Assembly: GCF_018350175.1 (NCBI RefSeq)
Contig: NC_058368.1
Coordinates: forward strand, 219,854,001-219,918,000
Origin: Felis catus
Lineage: Eukaryota
Reading direction: 5' to 3'
Length of the DNA: 64,000 nt
The notes below the pieces were generated by a model. It was not told where the DNA came from. It did no database searches and saw nothing but the letters and a program-made list of their open reading frames with translations. Positions 39,632-52,319 of this stretch are shown here, one piece after another; the first letter of the stretch is position 1; every line of letters starts with the position of its first letter. Position numbers and translations under genes: made by a program.

Positions 39632-39721
39632 TGCTTCGGATTCTGTCTTCCTCTCTTTTTGCCCTCCCCCACTTGCAAGGTCTCTCTCTCAAAAGTAAAT
39701 AAACATTAAAAAATTGAAAAT
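39632..39721 (+). mobile_element. 5'-truncated Can-SINE (stack member 3)
   Basis: tgcttcggattctgtc...aaataaacattaaaaa followed by a target copy agtctcttatggtttgc. Confidence 0.85.
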
Positions 39722-41718
39722 AAAGTCTCTTATGGTTTGCCTCCCTCTCTGTTTTTATCTTATTTTTACTTCTCTTCCCCTACATTCATCTGTTGACTTT
39801 CCCAAATTTCATGGATGAGTGAAATCATATGATATCTGTCTTTCTCTGACTGACTTATTTTGCTTAGCATATCACCCTCTGGTTCCATTCACATTGTTGC
39901 AAATGTGCATCAGCTGATGAATAGACAAACAAGATGTGGTACATGTATACTGTGTCTGCTATGTGTTTTTTTAAGAACTATACTTCTTTTCTACCCCACA
40001 CATATTTCACTGTGAGGGAGAATTACTTTAAGTACTAAAATTTAACTAAATTTCAATAAAGATCCTTCTCCACTGCCATTAACATTTCATCAGGCCTTGA
40101 GGCCAAAATGTATACATGTTCTGTCACATTAAATTTTACTGCATTTAGAAATTATTTGGAGGAACTTCTTTCTCATCAAATTGTTTCTAAATTTGTTCAA
40201 TTCCTTGTGGGAAGTACCTACTTACAAGTACTGAAAACAGATATACAAAATTTTTAGTAGTTATAAATATGGAACCTTGCACGTCTTTCAGTTCTAGTTG
40301 TATTAATTTACACATATTATTGCAAGATAATTATGATGTGTGGCTTGATATAGACACAGTATTTCACGTTTTTAAAAATGCTTGGACATCCACATGGATG
40401 ATCTGTTTGTCACACTAATCAGTCTTGCTTCCATAGTAATGAGGCCAATTGATTTTCAACTTAATCGGGGGGATAGTATTAGTCTCACAAACTGACTCTG
40501 TCTCAATGCATGTTTGTAAGTAGAATATGTTTTTCTCCTTCCAAACACATTGTTGCCTCAAGTATGTAATATGCTACATGGCTAAGTGTAAACAAATTCT
40601 ATTAATTTTCAGCAAGTTACCGTTCAGTGAAATAAAATTGCCATTTGATTGTAACAAGGAAAACTCCAAACAGAACATATAAATCAGTATTATTGGCAGT
40701 TGGAAAAGATACATTGCCTAGATTACGGTTAGTGACTAGGGAAATAAATGACCATTTTAGAGGTTTTAGAAGCACTTGGAAGAGGAAATGAAGATAGCTT
40801 TTGAAAATTGCTGATGGGAATTCATCATAATGGAGGCCTGAGTTATATAAACAACATTTATTTCCTAGACTTGATCATTCTAAAATGGAATAAAGTTTGG
40901 GTGAAAAGAGATTTCTTTATATCAGAAAAACGCTGAAAAAGCATAAGAAAAGATTCAAAAGAGTTTTTTAGTTGATACTAACAGGTAGCAGAAAAAAAAT
41001 TTAGTTTATATCATGTTGAATTTAAAAGTCTGGTATTTATCTAGATGCCTAACAAGAAACTCCAGGTGTTTCCTTTTTTTGAATACAATCTGTGAGTTTC
41101 GGATGGGTTACATGTCAAGGGCATAAGCCTATCTCTGCCACTAGATGAAGCTGCAAATACAGCTGTCAATCACTAGTTCAGTAAGACAAAAATGATTGGT
41201 ACAGATGGAATAAAACAGTGTTTGAAGATATCTGGGGCAGAAAATGTACCCTGTATACGGGCTTCTAGAGTATTTTTGACAAGATAGAAACCACAATTTA
41301 GTTATTTATTTTTTTACATTCTAAGACGAATTTGTAAAATTCCATGTATTTTTCAAACATGTATAATTTAGTAAACATGAGAGCAATATTCACATATATA
41401 TCTAGAATCTCTTCATATCTAAGAAAAAATATATTTAACATTGATCAAGTTGAGGTAACGAAACTGAAAACCTTGTAAGATCATTAAACAATTATTTAGT
41501 TTATTGACTTTATTTTTATTTGAATTTACGGACTGGATCATTTAAAATGATTCATCATCAGGAAAAGTTTTATTCATCAAATATGTTACTTTCTTTTGAA
41601 ACAACAATTTTATATTTCAAAATATAACTATTTCATTTAGATTGTTAAAAAATAGGAAACAGTATACATTTTTATCATTTGTTTGCAGAAAATTCAAATT
41701 CTAATAAACATGAATATA

Positions 41719-41958
41719 CAGTAAAACCTTGGTTTCCAAGCATAATTCATTCCAGAAACATACTTGTAATCCAAAGCACTTGTATATCAAAGCAAGTTTC
41801 AAGAACCATTGACTCAGTTGTGATCACATGACATTGGGCGTCAGATACTACTCATATTCCAAGACGTCACTCATTTATCAAGTTAAAATTTAACAGTAAT
41901 GTTTGCTCATCTTGCAAAACACTCAAAGAACAAGTTACTTACAATTCAAGGTTTTACT
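41719..41958. mobile_element. Tc1/mariner (Tigger-like) MITE
   Basis: TIR agtaaaaccttg / caaggttttact; TA on both sides. Confidence 0.8.
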
Positions 41959-43033
41959 TATTCTCAAGCACTTCACATTAAGTAACTCACATTAATAAAG
42001 AATTAAATTATTTATTACAATGTTTTTTATATATTACCCATTAAAATTAAGACTGTTTTCTATTTATAATGTCTACAACCTTTCTACCCATAATATTCTC
42101 TTGAGATACTGTTTTTAGTGAAAGTGACACCCAGAGAAAGTGTGATATCTACATGGATATCAAACTCCACTCTTTCTCTTTATTTCATTTCTTCATATTA
42201 CTTGAAATGGATTTTTTTTTACAGACAGAAGATGGTTTCAGTGCAGTGTCATTCAGATCAGTTACAAAAGGTAAATTATAATGCAAGGAATAATGAATGA
42301 CGTGGCTGGAGCAGCAGGTGGTGGTAATATCCTATCCTATCCTATCCTATCACATATGATACTGTGCAGATTTCAACCGTCATGGAAGCTGTACCAAACC
42401 ACTGAAATTTTAACCAGCATATTGAAATGATAAGGTATACTTTTAGACAGATGCTATTGGTTTCTTTATAAAAATAGATTTAAGTTATGAAAAACTACAG
42501 TTAAAAGGTCATTTAGAAGGGAGTAAAGTAGGACATAAAGTATGCAGAAAGGAGATTTGGAAATATGTTCTATACAAAGGGCATATATTCTGTTTCCATG
42601 TTTTGCTTTAAGTGGAACATTTGCCACTTCTTCAAAATTGAAGCATTAGATCACAGACAACGTTCCTTCTAGAAAGTACTTATTTGAAGTAGAATTAAAA
42701 ACAATATGTAAGATAATGTATTAACACACTGTAATAATATGAATAAGCAATTTGTAGTAGCTGAGATTTATATTACAAATGCTGAAAGAATACATAATAA
42801 ATATAAGTTGAAAATTCTGCCTGTAGGTAAAAATGAAATTAATGCAAATGACAAATGTTTGGTTAAAGTTGTTTGTGCATCTATTTTGTACACAATTAAT
42901 TATAAAATCAGATGAGACACAATATAGGTAGACATTCAGAAAAGATAAATAAGTGATTATTAGGGAAAGGGTAGAAGTTTTCATATGATCTATAACATAA
43001 GCCTGGACTCAAAAATAGGTAGCAATTTAAGAA

Positions 43034-43203
43034 GCTTTGCTAGATTTAGGGGGAAAAAAGTTAAATTTGAATTTCAGATTAACAATGGATAATTTATCGG
43101 TGCAAATATGTCCCACACAATATTTGGTGTATACTTATAATAAAATGTATCCACTTTTTATCTAAAAGTCAAACATAACTGAATAGCTTATATTTGGCAA
43201 CCC
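43034..43203. mobile_element. MER53 palindromic MITE
   Basis: agttaaatttgaatttcagat...tatgtccc...atacttata...tttggcaaccc matches MER53. Confidence 0.8.
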
Positions 43204-43457
43204 CAGATTAAAAGAAGATAGCAGCCAACAAGGGAAACCACAGGGTAAAGTAAGATGTAATAAACATACCACCTAAATATTGGGAAAAGGAATATGTTAT
43301 AAACAGAGAAATGTCATCTTAGACTCACAGAAGTACAGATCTGAAGAGCATTAAATGTTAGAGAAATATAATTTGTTAAAATTAGAAATATAAAACCATT
43401 TGAAACTCTGATCAGAGGATCAAAATACATTTAAGAATAATCAATCTAGAAAATGAA

Positions 43458-43684
43458 TTTTTTATAGTTTATTTATTTACTTAGAGAGAGAGAGAGGAGA
43501 GAGAGAGAGAGAAAGCATGAGCTGGGGAGGGGCAGAGAGAGAATGGGAGACACAGAATCAGAAGCAGGCTCCAGTCTCGAAGCTATTCTCACCGAGCTCA
43601 ATGCAGGGCTAGAACTCACAAACTGGGAGATCATGACCTGGGCTGAAGTCGGATGCTTCACTGTTTGAGCCACCCAGGCACCCC
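43458..43684 (-). mobile_element. Can-SINE
   Basis: SINE body. Confidence 0.92.
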
Positions 43685-43696
43685 ACGATATTATTG

Positions 43697-43917
43697 TTTT
43701 TAAGTTTATTTATTTTGAGAGAGAGAGAGAGAGTGTGTGTGTGTGTATGCGTGTGTGTGAATGAGTGGGGGAGGGGCAGAGAGAGAGAGAATCCCAAACA
43801 GGCTCCTCACTGTCATTACAGAGACAGATGCTGGGCTCGAACTCACAAACCGTGAGATCACAACCTGAGCCAAGATCAAGAGTTGGACATTCTACCAACT
43901 GAGCCATCCAGGGGACC
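43697..43917 (-). mobile_element. Can-SINE (tandem with previous)
   Basis: SINE body with (GA)n(GT)n tract. Confidence 0.9.
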
Positions 43918-44441
43918 GAGATTCAAGATATTATTTAACCTAGATTTGTAGCATGCATGCCCTTTTGTTAAATTATGGCAAATAACGGAGAAAGTGAAAG
44001 AAAGGGAAAATGCAGTTAAGAATATTAAATGAAATTGCAAAGACAGAATTATTGAAAAAATTGTGATAAAAATACCAAATTTGTTACTGGTGATTTTTTT
44101 TTGGGGGGGGAGGGTGGGTGGGGAGAGGTTATGAATAGGAGTGGTTATCAAAGTTCAGTGAACAGGATCTTCTGTTCTCAGTGATAAAGGAAGTGATGGA
44201 ACCACCATAGCCCTCCCCCTGTTAACAACCAGACAACAGTGCAAGATATTAGAAACGGCTATTTTCAGATATTAGATGACACGACACACAGCACTGTGAG
44301 CCTGACTAAAGGCACTTTCTGTCTTTAGAGAGGCAAAATTCAAGTAGAGCATGATGGTCATATTGAGCTAAGACATAGGTCAGTACTTGGGGAACTGAGA
44401 CAGATGAAATTTGGGGGACAATACTTGAGAGGAGCTGCCTG

Positions 44442-44865
44442 TGGTTAAAGTCATTCAGCAAGGGAAGCATTAGACTGGGGCAATGCTAGAGCCTTTGGTA
44501 GCTTAAGGTAAACAGACTGAAACCAGTTAGCTAGGTTTTGCTTCAATCTGAGACAATGAAGCTCAAGAATCATTAATCGTGGGTAGTTAACCAGATTCTC
44601 TTGATTCTAAGAAAATGAAACTCAAGAACAGTCATCATGGCAACCAAATAACTAAATTTTCCCAAAGAAAGCAAACATTTAAGTTACAGCCAACTGAATA
44701 ATTGCTTTGCTTCCCTGTCTTCTTTAGACACGTCTCTGCTCTAGCCCTCACTCACAAAAGGCTGGCAACCACCTTTCGCTTTGTGTTTCCTGATTCAAAT
44801 ACTTATTTGCTCAAACAAAAATCTTTAAAATATTTTTTAATGTGTCATAACTTTACATTTTAACA
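44442..44865 (+). mobile_element. ERV1-type solo LTR (MER34-like) inserted in L1
   Basis: Starts ~gttaaag, ends tttgctcaaacaaaaatctttaaaat...ttttaaca; L1 text resumes afterwards. Confidence 0.6.
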
Positions 44866-45488
44866 CCATGTAGAAAAAGTTCCAGAAATCTCCATAAGGA
44901 ACCACTTGAATCCTTGGCTGAATACTCAGCTTTCATATGCAGGCTGAGACTTCACAAAGCTGAGTGAACAACTAGCAAGGAAGAAAGACCTTCAGGCAGC
45001 TCTGAAACTAAGCAATGGCAACAGCTTTCAAAATACAGAGGAATGTCCAATATCCAAACACGTAGAGTGGATTGACTTTACTGAGCCCCTGGGGATTTCA
45101 GTAGATATTTTAGAAAGACCATTTCTTAGGTCAACAGGTAAATGAGCCCTAAAGTAATGCCTACTCTAGTCACATAAAAATGTACTTTATCTCCAAGTAA
45201 AGCAAATGCCTGCCATAAGAACATCAAAATTGTTTAAAGGAAGACAACAAATCCAACAACCAATGTAACATACACAATTGCTAACACACAATAAAAAAGG
45301 TGGCACATTGCCAGGGGGAAAATCAATCAATAGGAACATAAATGACAGAGATGATGGAATTGGTAGACAAAACTGCTAAAACAGCTATTATAAATGTGTT
45401 TCCAAATTGAAAAAAATATGAACATAATAGTGAGAAAATGAAAACCACAAAATTTTAGAAAACTGGTCTCTTACAGGTAGATATTTAA

Positions 45489-45716
45489 TTAATTAATTAG
45501 TGTATTTTTTTATTTTAAAGTTTATTTATTTGAGAGAGAGTGAGCGAGCGAGCACAAGCAGGGGACGGAGAGAGGGAGAGGGAGAGAAAGAATCCTAGAC
45601 AAACTTCACACTGTTAGCACAGAGCTTGAGGTGAGGCTCAAACCCACAACTATGGACTTATGACCTGAGCCAAAATCAAGTCAAATGCTCAAACAACTGA
45701 GCCACCCAGGCGCCCC
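45489..45716 (-). mobile_element. Can-SINE
   Basis: TSD acaggtagatatttaa (45473-45488/45719-45734). Confidence 0.93.
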
Positions 45717-45974
45717 TGACAGGTAGATATTTAAATGTGACACAAAATTTCAAAAGATGGTGTTACTAGCAGATAAGACATTGCAGAATAAAAGATCAGT
45801 AAACTTGAATTTAAGGGAAGAAAAACCATTCCACCAGAATCACATAGAGAAGAAAAGTAGAACACCCGTCAAAAGAAACTCAGAGATGTGTGAAATTTCA
45901 AGCAGTATAAACATCAGTGTACTGAAATTTTCAGAAGTATGAGGGTGCAGAGAGAAAGGACATTTTAAACAGAA

Positions 45975-46161
45975 TTTAATGTTTATTTATTTTTGAGAGA
46001 GAGAGTGGGGAGGGGCAGAGAGAGGGAGACACAGAAGCTGAAGCAGGCTACAGGCTCCATGCTGTCAGCACAGAGCCTGATGCAGGGCTTGAACCCATGA
46101 ACTGCAAGATCATGACCTGAGCTGAAGGTGGCACTCAACTGACTGAGCCACCCAGGCACCC
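45975..46161 (-). mobile_element. Can-SINE
   Basis: TSD aaaggacat(t/a)ttaaa. Confidence 0.93.
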
Positions 46162-48659
46162 TGATAAAGGACATATTAAATGCAAGAGGGGAAGACAGTG
46201 AAATGGAACATGTGAGGGGGGAAAATAAGCATAGAGAAAAGCATTAAAACAAAAGTCAATTATTTGAAAATGTTAATAAAAGTGACCAATCTCTGCCTAG
46301 AGTGATGGGAAAAAAGAAGAAAGATTAATTATCAAGATCAGTAATGAAAAAGGTATATCAATAAAAATACTAGTGATGTTCAAATGGAAATATTGTGGAG
46401 CATTATGAAGCTTCATGCCGATTAACTTGAGTACTCTGAGGAGATGACAGCTCCTTAAAAAAAATAAAATTAATCCAAGAAAAATAGACATTCTCAATTC
46501 ATCAAATAAGTTGAATTTATAATTAAAAGCACCCCTTTCCCCCCAAAAAAATCAGGCCAAAATGGCTTCAGTGGTGAATTCCATGAAATATGTAAAGAAG
46601 AAATAATACTAATTCTACACAGACTCTTCCAGAAAATAAAAGAAAAGAGAACCTTTCCAAAAAAAGATAATAAAGTGCATGAACAGAAGTTCAACATCAT
46701 TAGTTGTCAGCTGATTTCAAATTAAAGTTACAAAAAGGTATGAATATGTTATGAGATGAATATTTGTGTCCTCCCAAATTTTATATGTTTAAATGCTAAC
46801 CTCCATTGTAATGATATTAACAGGGATAGGTATTGAACCAAAATATATGAAAAGATATGTCTACACAAAAACATATAAACTGATGTTCATCAAAGCTTGA
46901 TGGTAATGACCCATCTGTCGATCACTGGTGAATTGTAGACCTAAAATGTGTATGTTTTAATTCATGTAAATTATGTTTTTAAAAGTTTGATATAAAAATA
47001 TTTTGAACCTGTGAATTTCCTGTCAAGTTTATTAAAACACACCTTCTTAGACTATCTTGACGGCTATCCCTGTCAAAGAGGTAAGTTAGGGAAAAAGCAT
47101 CCTGTCAAATAGAGGGAAGTTAGGGCTGAAGCTGCCAGTACTCGAATTCAGGAACGTGAATGTTTGCTTGTTCCTGATGTTGCATACTATGCAATATGTA
47201 TTCTAAATATGACATGCAGTTGTCTGGTAACTTAATACCTAACTTATGTGTTATTAAAACTTTCCTATATTTAGTCTTTATGTTAAATCGACCATTCTAT
47301 TGAGATAGGAAGACAGATGCATTACTATTAAAAACTATCAAGTAAAAAAATGTATTATTTTTTATGAGCCTTAAATAAATATAGTGATCCATATTCCCAT
47401 TTGGAATAATGTAATCATAGGAACTAGGGCTTAGATACGGTGATATTTGTCATATCTAAATTTTTGTATCAGTTTACAGTTTATATCAGATACAGATCTT
47501 GTTACATAGAACTGTCTTGTGAATCTCCACCCCAATCACTTAACAAAAGTCCTTATCATAAAGTATATGTTGTAGCATTTCACTGATTTCACTTGTTTTA
47601 ATCATTCATAACTTCAAATTGTAGACAGCAAGCTTTATGTTTTTTTTTAAATAAGTTCTCTGAGCTTGTGCATATACATTGTATCCTTCATCTGAAAGAA
47701 AGGGAAGAATTGATGCAACTCTTAAAATTTGATTAAGTTAGTGGAATGGTAAAAAGCAGTAAATCAAATATTGCAGGACAGTGGGAAAGGCCTGAGTGAC
47801 ACCAAAGAGAGCATGGGTAGGCAATAACCACCAGAGTTAAGGAAATGAGGGCAATCAAGTCAATGTCATCAACGACACAGTGATGCATGACAGACATATT
47901 TTTACAGTAAACAATTTCTAATTCAAATGGAATAAAATGGGAGATTCTAACAAACATTACAGAGAATGTGTAACATGTCTGAAGATATTTGATTTTGATT
48001 TGAAAAACAGTGAATTTATAGAGTTGTTAAAAAATGGTTGAAAGGGTTAGTGGAGTGTTTGCATCATAAGGAATAAATGGTATGTTTAAAGGGTTATTTC
48101 ACTTTCCAATATTGACTAATAAATGCTGGTCAGAATAATGAAAATTTAAAAGGTGTTCTGATTTTTTCCTCTGATTAATGTTTTATGTTTTATTATCTAA
48201 TCTGTTTGCAAAGATTTAATGAGGAGAAATAATTATGGCTGTAAAATGGTGAATTAATTCTGATCATAAAGTGATTTTAACTATATGCTATATTTAATTT
48301 CAACTGTGATGTGTTTTATCACATTGTTGATTTTTACTATCTTAAATTTAGCTTTACTGGCAGTGGCAGTTTTAGCAGATTTTTATATTTTTACAATCTG
48401 ATTCTAATTCATTTGACTAGTTTGCTCATGGCAAAGCATAGTCTTATGTTATATTAACCAGCTACATGTGTGGAGTTAATAAAAATAAAGAGGATAAAAA
48501 AGCATATCTAATATGTGACATTTACCATTATTAAAGATTCCATATCCTACATTTAAAATATGTTTAGGTCCAAAATTGGGGTTATCAACCCCTTATATAC
48601 TTCTGTTTCTTTATTTCATATATCAGATTATAAAATACTGGGTGGAAATTTAAGCTGCT

Positions 48660-48902
48660 CTGTGGAGTAGTGTGCATACTGGTCTAAAGCCAGATGTCAT
48701 GAGTTCAAATCTCTACTCCTCCAATTACTGGAAATATACATTTGGATAAATTACCTAAGCAATCTATTTGTACACCAGTTCTCTTATCTGGAAAATGGGG
48801 GAGAAAATAATAATAACTTAAAAAAAAACTGTTTCATAGGATTGTTAGCAGGAACAAAAAATGTCATTACGTAAGTGTGTTTGGCACAGAGAAACTAGTG
48901 CT
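48660..48902 (+). mobile_element. MIR
   Basis: gagttcaaatctctactcc...ttggataaattacctaa...cttatctggaaaatgggg...cataggattgtt. Confidence 0.75.
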
Positions 48903-49059
48903 TTCCAAGTCATCCTACAGAGATTTGTCATATTGCATTTTTCCATTTAATACAAAAAAGGTTTACAGTCTATTTTAATCTGTTTGTCATCCTCTTGTTA
49001 TTTTTCTACAATTTTTTGTTTATTTTGTATATGAATACAATAGAACAGTAGCCAGAGAA

Positions 49060-49250
49060 TATCTTTTTAAAAGTTTGCCAAGTGTATAAAGAATCACGAT
49101 GTGTTCCAAGACTCCACAACTCCCAACCATACCTTTCAACACAGCCCTGATTCTATATGAATTTGAATCTTTGGGAGGGGAGCCTGGGTATGTTTCTTTT
49201 ATGAAAAGCTCAGCAGGCAAATCAGATATGCACATCTGGTTAAGAACCAC
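49060..49250. mobile_element. MER5A-like hAT MITE
   Basis: gaatctttgggaggggagcctgggtatg...ctggttaagaacca. Confidence 0.55.
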
Positions 49251-49835
49251 AATTAAGGTTATCCTATGCAAGATTTCTCTCACAATGAAATGTTTAGGGG
49301 TCAATTCCTTGACTCCCTTGGCTTCAACAGATCAGTTGGTACCCTTGAATCAATGAATCAATCTCCTTGGACCATTCTTTCTTTAAATATTAGAATGCTT
49401 TATGATCTCCATCATTATATCTTCTTAGATATCTAGTCTTTACAGTTTTTGTGTGTGTGTGCCAGCACCAGAATTTAGCAAACAATGACTTCTGAAATTT
49501 TGAATAACGAATTATGTTTGTTCATCTAAAACATTTAAAATTTTCTGTTCTAATCTATTACATATCATGATAGAAAGTATTTACAATATATTCTATATCT
49601 GGTAACTCTGTTCCAATCTTCCTGCAAAGATAAGGTGATTTAGGTACTATTTAAAGCATGAAAAAATTAGTCTTCATAAATACTTCATTACAAGGAGCTA
49701 CTGAGAAAGATATTTCAACATTCCCTCTTTCCTTTGAATTTCTTTCTCTGGGATAAATCTTTTTATCAAACTGTCAGACCTCTACTAAATTGGGAACATG
49801 ATTCTCTCTTATTTTATGTTCTCAATTATAATTGC

Positions 49836-50434
49836 TAAAGTTAAACTCCTAGCAACAGCGAGTAGAGTATTGGTTATTTGGGGCTGAGCAGAGTGGGAGA
49901 CAGACAGATGTTGGTTAAAGGTTTTCAGTTATAAGATTGGTAAGTTCTGGGGATCTGATGTACAGCACAGTGACTACAGTTAATAATACTGTGCTGTGTA
50001 CTTTAAATTTGCTAGAAGAGCAGACCTTAAGCATTGTCACCACCCACAAAAAGATAACTCTGTAAGGTGATACGTGTGTTCATTATTGGGATAGTGGAAA
50101 TCATTTCACAAAGCATATGTATGTCAGATTGTCACACTCTACACTTTATTTTATTTTTTTGAGAGAGAGAATCTTTCGTTTATGTTTATTTGTTTTAAAA
50201 GACACAGAGAGAGAAAGTGTGGGAGTGGCAGAGAGAGAGGGAGTGGGAGAATCTCAAGCAGCCTCCATATTCAGCACAGAGCCCAAAATGGGAGCTCACT
50301 CTCATGACCCAAGACAATACCAAGAGTTGGACACTTAGCCAACTGAGCCACCCAGACGTTCCCACATTGTACACTTTAAATACATACAATTTTATTTGCC
50401 AATTATGCCTCAATAAATGTTAAAAAAAAAAAAA
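49836..50434 (+). mobile_element. L1MA9-like 3' end, interrupted by SINE
   Basis: agttctggggatctgatgtacagcacagtgactacagttaataatactgt...caattatgcctcaataaa plus A-tail. Confidence 0.85.
50148..50362 (-). mobile_element. Older Can-SINE
   Basis: TSD caca(c/t)t(c/g)tacacttta. Confidence 0.88.
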
Positions 50435-50439
50435 GAGAC

Positions 50440-51000
50440 TGAGCAAGGATTGTAAATACCCATTAGGAAAAACCACCAGGGAAACACTTGTAGTTGGAGA
50501 AAGCTGAGTTTATCAATTCTTGTTGCAAAAGAAAAACAGAAACCACAAAGCATGTGGAATCATGGAGTGTTGAAGAGAGTGTGTTAGGAGTGGCTTATGA
50601 TTGTGCTTACACAATATTAGGCGATCTTAAAGAGGGTTCAAGAAATCAAAAGTTTGTTTGGGATAGGAAACTATCAGAAGCAGGAATGATTTTGTGATAT
50701 GTGTTTAAATATATTAAAACATTTAATATAATTTAATATATTTATTTTAATCTATATGATGGGAGGAACAAAGTGAAGCTAGTTTGCAATTGGCAAAGAG
50801 GCATCAATTAATCAGAGATAACCCGAAAAGGAGATAGTCTGGATACTTTTGTGTTTTGGCAGTGCTTTTGTCTGTGTATCTCCTTAACCTGATTACAAAG
50901 TGATCTGTTTCTGCTTTTCTCCACCATGGTCATAGATGTTGAGGTTCTGTGACATTGGCGCAGGTACTAGTGCTGGCCAGCTCAGAAAACTCTTTCTCAG
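50440..51000 (-). mobile_element. Probable ERVL-class LTR (MER68/76/77-like)
   Basis: gttggagaaagctgagtttat... and terminal ttctca resemble an antisense LTR. Confidence 0.45.
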
Positions 51001-52319
51001 AAAACTCAGTAAGACAAAGAAAGTTTGTATTAAATAAGAGGTTTCAAGTTAGTCTTAGGAGGCTATTTATATGAGCCAAACCATAATCCAGGAAAACATA
51101 CTGTAAGCTAGGACCTCAGGCAAAAATGAAATTGGCTGGGTGGTTGTTGGGACCTAAGGTACAATTTGGGAAAATGACTACTGTAAGGACAATTTCTAAG
51201 GAATCTGCTATGTCATCTATGACATGAACTTACAGGGCTACACAAGCACACTGGGCCTTCTCTGTTACAGTAAATCCTGGGTTTCATCAATGTCAAGTAC
51301 AACCCAAAGAAGGTGAGTAGCAATAACAGGCACTGTGTAATTATGCTTGAGATCAAGTAGATGTAATCCAAACTCCAAAGCACAGTGTTGATCAATTATG
51401 ATACATTGCTAGGCACTGGCAGAAGCAATTCTAGTAATTGCTTGAGCTTCTTTCCCCAAAATGGGACAGATTTGCACAATCAGCGAGAAAGTCCAGAAGA
51501 AGAAACAGTGAAAATAAAGGAAGAGCTGACATTGTTGCGTTTCTTCCCTCGGCAAATAAATGAAGAAAGGAAATGATAGGAATGGACAGTCTACATATGT
51601 TAATTTACTAGATATAACATTTATAGCAATTAGACTTTTTTTTTTCACTGCCTTAAGGATCATGAAACAGGCTCAGATGACTGAAACAACACATCTAAAG
51701 AAACAAACCTTGTAAGTACTGAAACCTGGACAGCTCTGCTTTTTTCCAGTCTTCAAAATCATAGTCTACGTTTGTGGGAAATCAAATAGCTATGTCCTAG
51801 GTTAGGAGATTACAGGGGATGCATTGCAAAGCAGAATACTGTTTTCTTGCCTTGCTGAAAACAGTGGGCCACACTTCATTTATCCAGTTAACATATATCT
51901 AGGGGTTGGGTCCAGCCTGTGCTCATGAATTCCTTAGGCCATGTTATCTATGGAATATTTTATCTTGTTTTCCACCCTGCCTTCTACATCTGCTCTTTTG
52001 TAGTCTTGGGAATGCTTGAGCTTGTTTTTCTGCACACTTTCTATACGTTCTTACTGGAGTGTAGCCCACTGATGTAATGCACGATGTTTCCCTAAATGTA
52101 TCTTTAATAAATACAGGAGCTTGAGAGCAGCTCGGGGAGACTTCCCTTAGCCTCCCTCCCACCCCTCTTGACTTGCAGAGTCTTGAGTAATTCTTTCTGC
52201 TGTCTTTGGCTTTGCTGGACAAAGCTGAGAGCTGAACCCACATATATTAACTCTCCTGATGTTCTCCTTCCATTGTACCTCCATCCATAAGAAAGTTACC
52301 AGTAAAGTCTTTATAAATA

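Larger units (their letters stand above)
38900..39950 (-). mobile_element. 5'-truncated carnivore L1 3'UTR with short terminal inversion
   Basis: ttagttaacatacagtgtag...ccctcagttt...gagtgaaatcatatg; sense-orientation L1 piece at ~39900-39950. Confidence 0.85.
44165..47000 (+). mobile_element. Fragmented old L1 (5' region, ORF1 remnants, ORF2 pieces)
   Basis: aaatcaatcaataggaac...atgatggaattggtagacaa, aatggcttcagtggtgaattc...gaagaaataatactaattctacac. Confidence 0.65.

Noticed and set aside
41137..41152. CTCF-like gccactagatgaagc
   Set aside because: Lacks the GGC of the core's 3' half
42225..42270. 42/46-nt exon candidate (tttacag ... aag|gtaaat)
   Set aside because: Weaker donor and probably within decayed L2 sequence
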